Made by a program: the position numbers and the translations under genes. From an uncultured archaeon (GTDB lineage Archaea > Asgardarchaeota > Lokiarchaeia > Sigyniarchaeales > SOKP01), in NCBI GenBank assembly GCA_964493715.1, contig CAZBPC010000006.1:61292-89644 (forward strand): a DNA stretch of 28,353 nucleotides. Direction: 5' to 3'. The number at the start of each line of letters is the position of its first letter. The stretch's first letter is position 1. The notes beneath the pieces were generated by a model that worked only from the letters and a program-made list of their open reading frames with translations, made no database searches and was not told the DNA's origin. Positions 8,774 to 18,262 of the stretch are shown in pieces.

Positions 8774-9388
8774 TTAGGTCAAGTTATTCTTGATATTTTC
8801 TCGAACTTCAAAATCCATAACATTAGGATATCGTTTTTTAAATTCAAAAATTAAACTTTTACAAGAACTACAAATGGGACCTTCTGATACAAGTAATGCC
8901 TTACCTTCTTTTAATTTGTTGAGTTCCCATAATTTAGCCATTGTTACAATCAATTTTCGTTCACTATGATACCATGGTTCATCTTCTTCATTAGTTTCTT
9001 GAGCCGGAAACATTTTTGAGATGACTGCGAAAGGATCGATTATTACTTCAGCTGGCTTATCTTTAGGTTCCACTACTGCTGTGCCAGGTATGAATTGCTT
9101 TCCTCTCAAGGCTAGTATATAACCCTTTTGAACGGTTTCATTAGAAAATTTGTAATTAAACTTCACGAATGCCACATTTCGATCTAGGTCCTTCCAATTT
9201 TTACTTTTTCTCACTTGAGTTATAATGGTTTTATCAGTTAATTTCGCATTTTTGTCCAAATTTAGAGCATTACGCAATTCTTCATCAATCTTCTTTTCAC
9301 TTATATCTTTGGAAGAAACAATCCAAGTCATTCTATTTTGATAAGCTTCTATTTCTTCTGGTATATTAAAGTCTTTTTTAAATGTCAT
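8774..9388 (-). CDS. Zn-dependent nucleotide/nucleic-acid deaminase-domain protein (polymorphic-toxin deaminase-like)
   Basis: HSERKL (HxE), LVSEGPICSSCK (PxCxxC), FEFKKRYPNV tail and an RNVAFV strand. Confidence 0.72.
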   Translation of the reverse strand: MTFKKDFNIPEEIEAYQNRMTWIVSSKDISEKKIDEELRNALNLDKNAKLTDKTIITQVRKSKNWKDLDRNVAFVKFNYKFSNETVQKGYILALRGKQFIPGTAVVEPKDKPAEVIIDPFAVISKMFPAQETNEEDEPWYHSERKLIVTMAKLWELNKLKEGKALLVSEGPICSSCKSLIFEFKKRYPNVMDFEVRENIKNNLT

Positions 9389-9511
9389 GAGATTGCACTA
9401 ATATCATTAATTTTTAGGCAATTACGCTCTGAAGTTTAAAATTTTTAATAAAGAATTGCTTTAAAACTTATAATATTTTTAAAATAGAAATAATTTTTAA
9501 AAAAGTTGGAA

Positions 9512-11182
9512 TCATATTTCTGGATCCTCATAAACCAGAAGATCCTTTAGTTTGGACATCATATTGTTCGTTAACCGTTTCAGTTCATCAATATCAGGAA
9601 CTTCTTTCCCCCAGTATTGTTGATGTTCCATGAATGGAGGTCCTGCTTTTAATATAGAACCTCTATAAAAATCCAACATTTTAGCGTGCTTTGGATAAGT
9701 ATTTTCGGTTCCCGTGATACCAACTAATATTATAGGTACCTGTTTTTCAATTGCTAAGCGCATAGCTCCTGTATGACCTTCAAGGAGTTCTCCATTTCCT
9801 GGATTTGTAGTTCCTTCAGGATAAATACACACTAAATGGCCTTGATCTAAAAGGTATTTTCCATAATTAAAGGAATCTACATCATGCATTCCTCTCTTAA
9901 GTGGGAATGCGTGGTGGTTACGAATCCAAGCATTTACTATTGGAAATTTGAATAAAGTTTGCTTGGCCATTTGATATATTATCCTTCTTGGTTGATTATG
10001 TATAATGCTCGTTGCTAATAAGATGACATCCCATTCAGAATTATGAGTCGAACATAGTACTGCTGGTCCTACCTTTGGAATGTATTTCTCAAAGTCAATA
10101 ACCTTGTAAGGTATCATCAATTGCGACCAATTGTGCACTATTTCGCCAGAAATTGTATAGACGAATTTTTGAAACGGTTCGCGTAGATGAAATTCTTCCA
10201 AAGCTCTTAAAGAACCATACCAAATATCGTCTAACGTCCACAAAAATCCCATTCCGAAATCTTTGAAAAATCTTTTGATATTAAAAGATGATTCCTTCTC
10301 TTTTTCAAGTGGTGCTTCTTTTAATTCTTCTTCTGTTTTACCATAAGTTCCTTCACGAAGTTCGAAAACTACCGTGCGTAATTCATTTGTAAGACGTTTT
10401 ATGTCTTCATAGGACATCTTGTTAATATCATATTTATCATAATATAAAGGATCTCCAACTCTTACTTTAACTTGAGTTGGTTTCATCAATAATTGACCTT
10501 TAGGAAGTGCATGTTCAGACCCTAAAACAGCCATCGGAACAATAGGAACTCCCGTTTCTATTGCTAACCTAACTGCACCCGTTTTAAATTCGCTTAATTC
10601 ACCCTCTTTGGAACGAGTGCCTTCCGGAAATATACCAACCCATTCACCACCTTCTATTATTTCTTTAGCCATCTTCCATCCAAGTGCAGGATTTTCTCTA
10701 TCCAATTTGAATGCCCCGAGATTTGTAAAGAGTGTTTTAGCAATAGGTGTTTTAAAATTGTCTAATTTACTCATATAACGTATACGTCTATGGCATGCTG
10801 CTCCTAGAAAGAAAGGATCTAGGTGTGATTGATGATTAGATACGACAATGCCTGGACCGTATTCTGGGAACATATTTTTATTTGGATATTCGGCTTTAAA
10901 GTTCCAAAGGAGCCGACAAACAAGTTTCACATAAAAATAGGCTGCCCACCACTGTAATCTACCCTCTTCTTTTTCAACATCAAGAGCCTTGATGAACTCT
11001 CGATATTTATCATTTATAGGATCAATAGGGTTAAGCTTCGTCAATTTATAAAGCAATTTTTCATGCCCTTTCTCGTATTCAAGATCAGTTTTCATCTTCT
11101 CTTCTAAGAGTTTCTCGTGATCTATTTCCTCATACGCATCATAATTTCTTTTTTCTAAGTCCATAGTCATGCACGTTTCCAA
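9512..11182 (-). CDS. Tandem two-domain lysophospholipid / 1-acyl-glycerol-3-phosphate acyltransferase (PlsC-like); true start may be ATG at 11170 or 11164
   Basis: Domain 1: NHQSHLD, IFPEGTRS, PIVPMAV. Domain 2: THNSEWD, IYPEGTT, PIILVGI. The ORF-track start is a TTG. Confidence 0.9.
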   Translation of the reverse strand: METCMTMDLEKRNYDAYEEIDHEKLLEEKMKTDLEYEKGHEKLLYKLTKLNPIDPINDKYREFIKALDVEKEEGRLQWWAAYFYVKLVCRLLWNFKAEYPNKNMFPEYGPGIVVSNHQSHLDPFFLGAACHRRIRYMSKLDNFKTPIAKTLFTNLGAFKLDRENPALGWKMAKEIIEGGEWVGIFPEGTRSKEGELSEFKTGAVRLAIETGVPIVPMAVLGSEHALPKGQLLMKPTQVKVRVGDPLYYDKYDINKMSYEDIKRLTNELRTVVFELREGTYGKTEEELKEAPLEKEKESSFNIKRFFKDFGMGFLWTLDDIWYGSLRALEEFHLREPFQKFVYTISGEIVHNWSQLMIPYKVIDFEKYIPKVGPAVLCSTHNSEWDVILLATSIIHNQPRRIIYQMAKQTLFKFPIVNAWIRNHHAFPLKRGMHDVDSFNYGKYLLDQGHLVCIYPEGTTNPGNGELLEGHTGAMRLAIEKQVPIILVGITGTENTYPKHAKMLDFYRGSILKAGPPFMEHQQYWGKEVPDIDELKRLTNNMMSKLKDLLVYEDPEI

Positions 11183-11394
11183 ATTTATTAAAATTAGTGT
11201 AAAAACTTAATAAAATCCTACTAATTTAACAGTTAAATTGCTTTACTAAAATATCCTTTTGTATAAAAGGATTTTGATTAGTATAATCTGATCAAGAATA
11301 TGAAAAATAAATCCTCTTAAAGATTTAGAAGGGTTTAATTGCTAAAAAAATGGCATTTTATATTGAAACGAATAATGATTTCATAAATTTTAAG

Positions 11395-12129
11395 CTATTT
11401 CTTCTCAGTAATTTTTATTAACTCCGAAAGAGAATCGATTACAAGCGAGGCTCCTTGTTCTGTTAATACTTCCTTACTGCTTACGCCTGTTGTTACTGCT
11501 ATTGTCCAAACACCTGCTTCTACACCAGCGATGATATCTGATGGCATATCCCCAATCATAACAAAATCTCTTAATCTACTCGTTTTGTAATTATCAAATA
11601 CGGGTTTCAATGAGTTTGGATCCGGTTTTAATGCAGGTAATATATCTGCACCATAAACACCTTTAAAGAGGTTCATTAAATTATGCTTTTCTAAATGTTC
11701 AATAATATTTTTAGTTTGGTTATGAGAAACAATATAGAGATCATATGACTTGTTTAATTTTTTAAGAATTTTGTCTGCATTCGGAAAAATTGGAGCTTCA
11801 TTTGCAAGAGTAAGGTATCGTGAGAATATTTTTGCTGCAATTTCTATTTTTTTCATGAATGTAAGAGATTTTAACGAACTGATATATTTAAACATATCAT
11901 AAGATTGTAGAACAATTTTAGGTAACGGATATCCTTGAATTGTTTCCATTAGTGCACCAATTTCTAGTATGGTCGTTTCCATATCAGAGATAATTTTATA
12001 TTCTTCGAAAACTTCTTTAATTGAGTTTTTAAGAGGTTCAGCAATATCTAAAAGGGTTCCATCGAAATCAAAAATTAAACCGCGAATAGATCCATTTTGA
12101 AGATTTCTAATCAATTGTTCTGAATGCAT
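11395..12129 (-). CDS. HAD-superfamily hydrolase (phosphoglycolate phosphatase-like)
   Basis: FDFDGTL, VSHN, KPDP, MIGDMPSDI motifs. Confidence 0.92.
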   Translation of the reverse strand: MHSEQLIRNLQNGSIRGLIFDFDGTLLDIAEPLKNSIKEVFEEYKIISDMETTILEIGALMETIQGYPLPKIVLQSYDMFKYISSLKSLTFMKKIEIAAKIFSRYLTLANEAPIFPNADKILKKLNKSYDLYIVSHNQTKNIIEHLEKHNLMNLFKGVYGADILPALKPDPNSLKPVFDNYKTSRLRDFVMIGDMPSDIIAGVEAGVWTIAVTTGVSSKEVLTEQGASLVIDSLSELIKITEKK

Positions 12130-12296
12130 GAGAATTGGTTGAATTAGTAATTACAGATTTATCTTAAGTTAAATACTCTATAAAAAGATAACCATACTAA
12201 AGAACGTATGATATGAATAGTCCCCACGATAAATTAAAATTCTAATTCTCATTTTACACTTCATATTTAACTTATTGATTAAAGGCTATGGATTAA

Positions 12297-13703
12297 ATGA
12301 TTGAGAGTCAAAATGTAAAATTCAATAAGATCCTCTGGCCGATATATTTTCTTAATGGGTTTCAAAGTATGTTATGGGGAGGTATTACTTTTCTAATAGT
12401 TCCTCTTTCTAGAATTATGTGGCCAAGTGATCCTACACATGCTTTAGAGATGGGGATAATTATCACAACTTTATCATGGTCTGCTTCAATTTCAGGATTA
12501 CTATTTGGACATTTTATAGACCGGTACTCTAGAAAAAAAATTCTAATCATCTTATCTATTTTTAGGGGATCTTCAGCGTTAATGCTTGGATTCGGAATAC
12601 AAGGAGGAGGTTATACCACTTGGATTTATTTCTTAATATTCGTAGCTATCTTTGGAGTATTTGGAGGACTTAGTTGGCCTACTATCATTTCATTGACTAA
12701 TGATATTGTACCTAAAGAGCAACGTTCTAGTTTCTTTGGCGTTTATGAACTCATAAGATCTTTGACCATGACCTTTGGGTTCCTTATAGGTGCATTTCTG
12801 GTTCAAATAGGGTTTTGGAGACTATTTTTTTGGAGTGCAGGAGTAGGCATGCTAATATTTGGATTCATTTTGGTCCTGCACATCAATGAACCAAAAAGAG
12901 GGGCTCAACAAGAAGAACTTACTTTCATTCTCCAAGAAGACATTCCTTATGAATTTAAGATCAATCGTGAAATGATGAAAAAAACAATGTTAAGTAAAAC
13001 AAACGTTGCTGCTTTAGTAGAGGGGGTTTTTACATGGATTCTAATGGGATCAATCAATTTTTTAATTCTGTATTTAATACAAAATGAGCCTCATAATATA
13101 TCAGAATTCTCCACAAGCATTTTTATGGTTTGTTTTGGTTTAAGTGGAGGTGTTGTTGGACAATTGGGTTTGGCAAGATTAAGTGATAGATTTGCAAGAA
13201 AACACATGAAAGCCCGAATTTATATGATATTAATCGCTATAATCGGAGGTATTATTAGTTTTGTGCTTTTCTTTTTCATTCCATGGCCCCATTTATCTGA
13301 TGAACAAGGAAAAGATGTGGGATTTCTTATGACCTTACCAATTATATGGCTAATGGGTTCATTGTTCTTCTTCTCACGGTCAATATTTTCATTGTATATA
13401 GTGAACCAATCACCTGTTTTACAGCAAATAAACTTGCCTGAAGCACAAGGTCAGATCGTTTCATGGAACCAATTTTTAGAAAATCTAGGGCGTGGCATAG
13501 GGCCCTCTTTAAGTGGGATTCTTCTTGTAGTAACTTTTTATAATTATCAGCTTACAATTTTATTCATCACCTTATGCATACTTCCAGGAATTATCTTATG
13601 GTCATTTGCTTTGAAATGGCTTACTCAAGATACCAATCAAATAAGAGAAATACTCAGAAAACGAGCAATTACTTTACAAGAACCTAAAGAAAGTACTTAT
13701 TAA
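12297..13703 (+). CDS. MFS transporter
   Basis: About 12 TM segments; motif A GHFIDRYSRKK, DIVPKEQRS, repeat LSDRF. Confidence 0.92.
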   Translation: MIESQNVKFNKILWPIYFLNGFQSMLWGGITFLIVPLSRIMWPSDPTHALEMGIIITTLSWSASISGLLFGHFIDRYSRKKILIILSIFRGSSALMLGFGIQGGGYTTWIYFLIFVAIFGVFGGLSWPTIISLTNDIVPKEQRSSFFGVYELIRSLTMTFGFLIGAFLVQIGFWRLFFWSAGVGMLIFGFILVLHINEPKRGAQQEELTFILQEDIPYEFKINREMMKKTMLSKTNVAALVEGVFTWILMGSINFLILYLIQNEPHNISEFSTSIFMVCFGLSGGVVGQLGLARLSDRFARKHMKARIYMILIAIIGGIISFVLFFFIPWPHLSDEQGKDVGFLMTLPIIWLMGSLFFFSRSIFSLYIVNQSPVLQQINLPEAQGQIVSWNQFLENLGRGIGPSLSGILLVVTFYNYQLTILFITLCILPGIILWSFALKWLTQDTNQIREILRKRAITLQEPKESTY

Positions 13704-13848
13704 TAAATTTCTTTTTAAAATTGAATAGGCTTACACAGTTTTTCGTTATGTAAAATATGAAGAAATCATTACGATCAATTTATTAGCATATAGAATAATA
13801 AAAATTTAAATTGATCATCTAATATATTAATGCTACCATATTTTATTT

Positions 13849-14433
13849 ATGAATCAATTTAAAGATAACACTCTTGTCTTTATTATGAATGAATATAGAT
13901 TCAAGCTTTGTATCTTTGGGGATGCTGGGGTCGGAAAGACTACTCTGATTCAGCGGTATTTAGAAGGAGTGTTTATAGCTACTTTTCGCGAGACAGTTGG
14001 TATGGATTTTTATCTAAAAAAGCTCGATATTGATGGAAAAAAAGTATCATTGCAAGTTTGGGACTTTGGTGGGGAAGAAAAATTTCGCTTTTTACTACCA
14101 GGTGCTGTTTCTGGAGCAAATGGTAGTGTTTTTTTGTACGACATTACACGATATTCAACTTTTAAAAACTTAGATAAGTGGCTCAATGTTTTCAATGAAG
14201 CGAACAAAGAACAGAGTCAAAAAGTATCTACAATCTTAGTAGGTAGTAAATTAGATTTAAAGGAGACACGAGCCGTGGCTGAAGTAGATGCTGCCAAATT
14301 TTCGAAAACTAATGGATTTAATTATATCGAATGCTCATCAAAAAGTGGAGACAATGTCGAGAAAGTATTTATAACAATAGCAGAATTGATGATGAAAAAC
14401 GCTACTTATTTGAAGAATGACAAAAAATTATGA
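13849..14433 (+). CDS. Rab-like small GTPase (start may be ATG at 13885)
   Basis: G1 GDAGVGKT, G2 ETVG, G3 WDFGGEE, G4 GSKLD, G5 ECSSK; no C-terminal prenylation Cys. Confidence 0.93.
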   Translation: MNQFKDNTLVFIMNEYRFKLCIFGDAGVGKTTLIQRYLEGVFIATFRETVGMDFYLKKLDIDGKKVSLQVWDFGGEEKFRFLLPGAVSGANGSVFLYDITRYSTFKNLDKWLNVFNEANKEQSQKVSTILVGSKLDLKETRAVAEVDAAKFSKTNGFNYIECSSKSGDNVEKVFITIAELMMKNATYLKNDKKL

Positions 14434-14547
14434 AAATTTGCTTTTTATATTTATTTCTTAAAGAAGATACAAATTTTAATATTTTCTGATATTTGATAAA
14501 ACAATAATGTTAATATTTTTCTCTTTTTTTCCCATATTTACGAGTTT

Positions 14548-16164
14548 TTGAAAATGAAATCAATGCATGAATTAGGTGTTCCAGTTCCCACTAAACGTTC
14601 TTTAGTGGTAAGAAACATAAAAGACGTTACTAAGAAGCAAAGAGAAATTGCCTTAAAAGAGACTGAGTATAGCATGTTTTCATTTCCTGCAGATATGCTT
14701 GTATTAGATTTTCTTTCTGATAGCGGAACAACATCAATGACTGATCTTCAATGGTCAGCCATTTTTCACGGAGATGAATCATATGGACGTAATAAAGGAT
14801 ATTATGTTTTGTTAGATGCCATTAGAGACATATTCGAACGGGGAGAACATACTAAAAAATCAATCCAGCTGATACTTTCGGGTGAAACGAATGTACAAAA
14901 ACTTATGGATGAGTTGTATCTAACTTCCTTTAATGGAGGATTTGTAAATGGTGGAATTTATCAATTAGAACGTCCTAATGCTTTCATTGTTCCTCAAGGT
15001 AGGTGTGCGGAATATTTATTATTCTCAACGATAGCTCAACTTAAACGAGAATTAAATAATAATAAATTATGGTATATCCCAAATAATGGTCATTTTGACA
15101 CAACAGAGGCAAATATTGCAGCAAACGGAATGCATCCTGTAAATTTATTCTCTACAAATTTATTTGAAGATTTTAATCATCTCGAGATGGATAAAAGCAA
15201 CCCGTTTAAGGGAAATATGGAAATTAAGGAATTGGAACAATTTGTTCAAGAAAAAGGAGCAGAATGTATTCCTTTAATTTATCTCACAATCACAAATAAC
15301 ACAGCTGCTGGACAGCCCGTATCCATGAAGAATGTAAAGGCAGTGCAAAAAATAGCTAAAAATTATGAAATCCCTCTTTTTTTTGATGCCTGTCGCTTTG
15401 CAGAAAATGCTATCTTTATTAAAAATTTTGAAGAAGGATATAAAAATAAATCAATTCCCGAAATTGTAAAAGAAATGTTTTCTTATGCAGATGGATTTAC
15501 CATTAGTTTCAAGAAAGATGGATTGGCAAATATGGGTGGTGGTTTATTCTTTAAAGATAGGGGAATATTTCATCGAAATTTCTCACTCAATGGAGATATT
15601 GGAATTCGATTAAAAGAAAAACAAATTTTAACTTTTGGTAATGATAGCTACGGAGGAATGTCCGGTAGGGACATTATGGCATTAGCTGTTGGATTGTATG
15701 AAATAGTTAAAGAACCCTATCTGAATGAAAGAATTCGTCAAGTGAGAGGTTTTGCCAGAAAATTAGCGATGAATGGCGTACCCGTAATCTTACCCGCTGG
15801 AGGACACGCGGTATACATAAATATGGATAAATTTTTTGAAAATACTGATATGAAGATTTCAGATTTCGGAGGCGTTGGGTTTACAATTGAATTAGTGAGA
15901 CTTTATGGCATAAGAGGCGCAGAACTAGGTCCTTTTGCTTTTGAATGGGATAACAAATCTGAAGAAGAGAGAAAAGGAATTTTACATTTAGTGCGCTTTG
16001 CTGTTCCCCGAAATGTTTATGATGCATCACATATTGATTACGCGGTTGCTGCAATAACAGAACTTTACAAAAATAAAGAAAGCATTCCAAAAGTCAGAGT
16101 TTCTCGAGGAGCAAAATTAAGATTACGACATTTTCAATCTGGACTTCAACCAATTTATAAATAA
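14548..16164 (+). CDS. Tryptophanase / tyrosine phenol-lyase family PLP beta-eliminating lyase
   Basis: DFLSDSGT, GDESY, PQGR.AE, HFDTT, NNTAAGQPVSM, DACRFAEN, PLP-lysine motif SFKKDG, YGGMSGRD, GGHAVY. Confidence 0.9.
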   Translation: MKMKSMHELGVPVPTKRSLVVRNIKDVTKKQREIALKETEYSMFSFPADMLVLDFLSDSGTTSMTDLQWSAIFHGDESYGRNKGYYVLLDAIRDIFERGEHTKKSIQLILSGETNVQKLMDELYLTSFNGGFVNGGIYQLERPNAFIVPQGRCAEYLLFSTIAQLKRELNNNKLWYIPNNGHFDTTEANIAANGMHPVNLFSTNLFEDFNHLEMDKSNPFKGNMEIKELEQFVQEKGAECIPLIYLTITNNTAAGQPVSMKNVKAVQKIAKNYEIPLFFDACRFAENAIFIKNFEEGYKNKSIPEIVKEMFSYADGFTISFKKDGLANMGGGLFFKDRGIFHRNFSLNGDIGIRLKEKQILTFGNDSYGGMSGRDIMALAVGLYEIVKEPYLNERIRQVRGFARKLAMNGVPVILPAGGHAVYINMDKFFENTDMKISDFGGVGFTIELVRLYGIRGAELGPFAFEWDNKSEEERKGILHLVRFAVPRNVYDASHIDYAVAAITELYKNKESIPKVRVSRGAKLRLRHFQSGLQPIYK

Positions 16165-16305
16165 ATTTGCTGATTTAGTAAGCAAGTGTTACTTTTAAGT
16201 ATAATTAACTCTTTTAAAAGGAGATTCATTTAAAATTTCGTGATCCATGCTCGCATAAATACTTTTCTTCGTAAATATTAAGTGATATAATCTTTTTGAA
16301 GAATT

Positions 16306-17175
16306 ATAGTTGAAAACGACTTTGAAAATATACGAATTCTTGATAATTTTTATCAAACATCTAGCTTTTTTCCAATGCCTGTAGTCCTCATTACTACGCT
16401 CTCTGAATCGGGACAAACTAACATAGGACCTTATTCGTTGTGTTTTCCTCATATCATCGCTGAAGATTATGCAATGATTTTAATCTGTAGATCTACAAGT
16501 AATACAGCCCAAAATATCAGAAGATCTAAATTATGTGCTATTAATTTCATTCCATATGACAAGAAAATGTTACGGAATTGTGTTAGTTTAGGATTTCCAG
16601 GGGAATCCACTGAAGAAAAAATGGAGAATAGCAATTTTTCGCTGATACCTTCTAAAAGAAATGGAAGAGAACACCAAAAAGATCTTAAATTCCCTGAAAT
16701 TGTCGGTGAATCTGTACAAGTATTTGAATGTGCCTGGGATGATTCTATACCAACATATAACAACGAAAAATCACTTGAAACTCATTTTATATTGAAAATA
16801 GATAAAATATTAATGAAAAAGAAATGGAAAGATAGTTTGCTGGAAGGTAGTGGATTTCCTTCTTTACCTGTTGATTTTGGGTTTCGCGACAATACTACTT
16901 TTTGGTTTAGCAAGCATAATTCACACTATTCAGAACCAATACCAAAGGATAAAGAAATGGATGTTAGCGCAGTAATATATGCTGCCAAAAGAACTGATCC
17001 TGATGTTGAATGGACAGAAGATGCATGCGCGAAATTAGTGAGTGTTCCAAGAATCTTCTTGAAAAAAACCCTGAGAGGTTGCGTTGAAATGGCGAAGGAG
17101 AAAGGTGTTAAAACCATAACTCCTAAATTCTTGGATAAGATAAGAGATAAAAGGAATGAAGAAAAACAAAATTAA
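16306..17175 (+). CDS. Flavin-reductase-like (split-barrel FMN-binding) protein with C-terminal PCP_red-like helical domain; start uncertain (ORF track 16375, frame open from 16300)
   Basis: PMPVVLITT...TNIGPYS...SNTAQNI fits flavin reductase-like proteins; C-terminal WTEDA.AKL..VP..F...A..KG...IT fits PCP_red. The upstream in-frame stretch VENDFENIRILDNFYQTSSFFP looks coding. Confidence 0.8.
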   Translation: MVENDFENIRILDNFYQTSSFFPMPVVLITTLSESGQTNIGPYSLCFPHIIAEDYAMILICRSTSNTAQNIRRSKLCAINFIPYDKKMLRNCVSLGFPGESTEEKMENSNFSLIPSKRNGREHQKDLKFPEIVGESVQVFECAWDDSIPTYNNEKSLETHFILKIDKILMKKKWKDSLLEGSGFPSLPVDFGFRDNTTFWFSKHNSHYSEPIPKDKEMDVSAVIYAAKRTDPDVEWTEDACAKLVSVPRIFLKKTLRGCVEMAKEKGVKTITPKFLDKIRDKRNEEKQN

Positions 17176-17244
17176 CATATCCTAAACTTAATTATTTTGT
17201 CTTCTATTTTACTCTCATAAAGAGACTTAATTTTAATAATTGGA

Positions 17245-17595
17245 TTAAATCTCTAAATGTCTTAATTGGCTTGACATATCTTTCCTTCTTAAAATCTTAA
17301 TGAAATCATTTTCACTTTGTTTTAACCTGGACAAAAAGCTATCTAACTTATCAAAATTATTAAACCAATGCTCTTCACCATTCACCACGATTTTTACTCC
17401 TTTATGTTCCGCATTAATTACTGCATAAATTCCTCCTATCTCAGAATCGTGTTTTATGAAAATTTTATCAGTTTCAGTCGAATCACTTTTTTCATTCCCT
17501 TTCTTAGCCCAAAATTGATTTTTAAGAAGGTAACTTCTATACATGCTCATCTCTTCACACACACCATTAGTTTTTTTAAAATTTTCACAAGTCAT
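17245..17595 (-). CDS. Hypothetical protein
   Basis: 116 aa ORF with normal composition filling the gap; no recognised motif. Confidence 0.65.
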   Translation of the reverse strand: MTCENFKKTNGVCEEMSMYRSYLLKNQFWAKKGNEKSDSTETDKIFIKHDSEIGGIYAVINAEHKGVKIVVNGEEHWFNNFDKLDSFLSRLKQSENDFIKILRRKDMSSQLRHLEI

Positions 17596-17805
17596 CGTGA
17601 TATATATAAAAATGACCTATGAAATAGTATCCAAGTATTATAAGATATGAATCTTTTATAGAATCGTGTGTTATCGGGAATATACCTACGTATTACCTTA
17701 ATTTTAATTTATGTGCTCCAATATATCCTTCATACTTTGATACTCTTTAATTTAAGAAAACAATCATTAGATATTTAAATAACAAAGTAAAATTCTTGGC
17801 ACCTT

Positions 17806-17827
17806 TTACCTAACAATAGTTAGGTAA
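17806..17827. promoter_or_regulatory. Perfect 9-bp inverted repeat in a divergent intergenic region
   Basis: TTACCTAAC-AATA-GTTAGGTAA between divergently transcribed ORFs (17595 minus, 17960 plus). Confidence 0.4.
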
Positions 17828-17959
17828 CGTCGAGTAAGAAAAATTACGAGTGGAAATTTGTAACATAGCAACGACCATGTGATTAATTAAGTTTGCTTTT
17901 TAGGCACTATATATAGATAAAAGTAAGAGAAAAAAATTAAAGATTTATGAATAAGCATT

Positions 17960-18244
17960 ATGATGACAGAAAATCAATTTTATATCTCTCTTTTTGATGA
18001 ATTTATGATTAATTCAGCTGATCCCGAAAAAAAAATTATGTGGAAGCTAAACTCAATCATCAGGCTCATGAATATGACGAAGAATTATGAAAGCGATTTC
18101 TGTGAAAATGCCCTTAGAATGATCATGATCCTTTTTAATGAGTTTGAATTTGAATCATGGGAATTAGTGAAAGGTAAACCAAGTGTGATTCCTGAAAATG
18201 AGAGAGATCTATTCACTCAAATTCTTTTTGATGAAATTTGTTAA
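17960..18244 (+). CDS. Small helical hypothetical protein
   Basis: 94 aa ORF, amphipathic helical pattern, convergent with the PUA gene. Confidence 0.65.
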   Translation: MMTENQFYISLFDEFMINSADPEKKIMWKLNSIIRLMNMTKNYESDFCENALRMIMILFNEFEFESWELVKGKPSVIPENERDLFTQILFDEIC

Positions 18245-18262
18245 ATTCATTCATGTGAGTGG

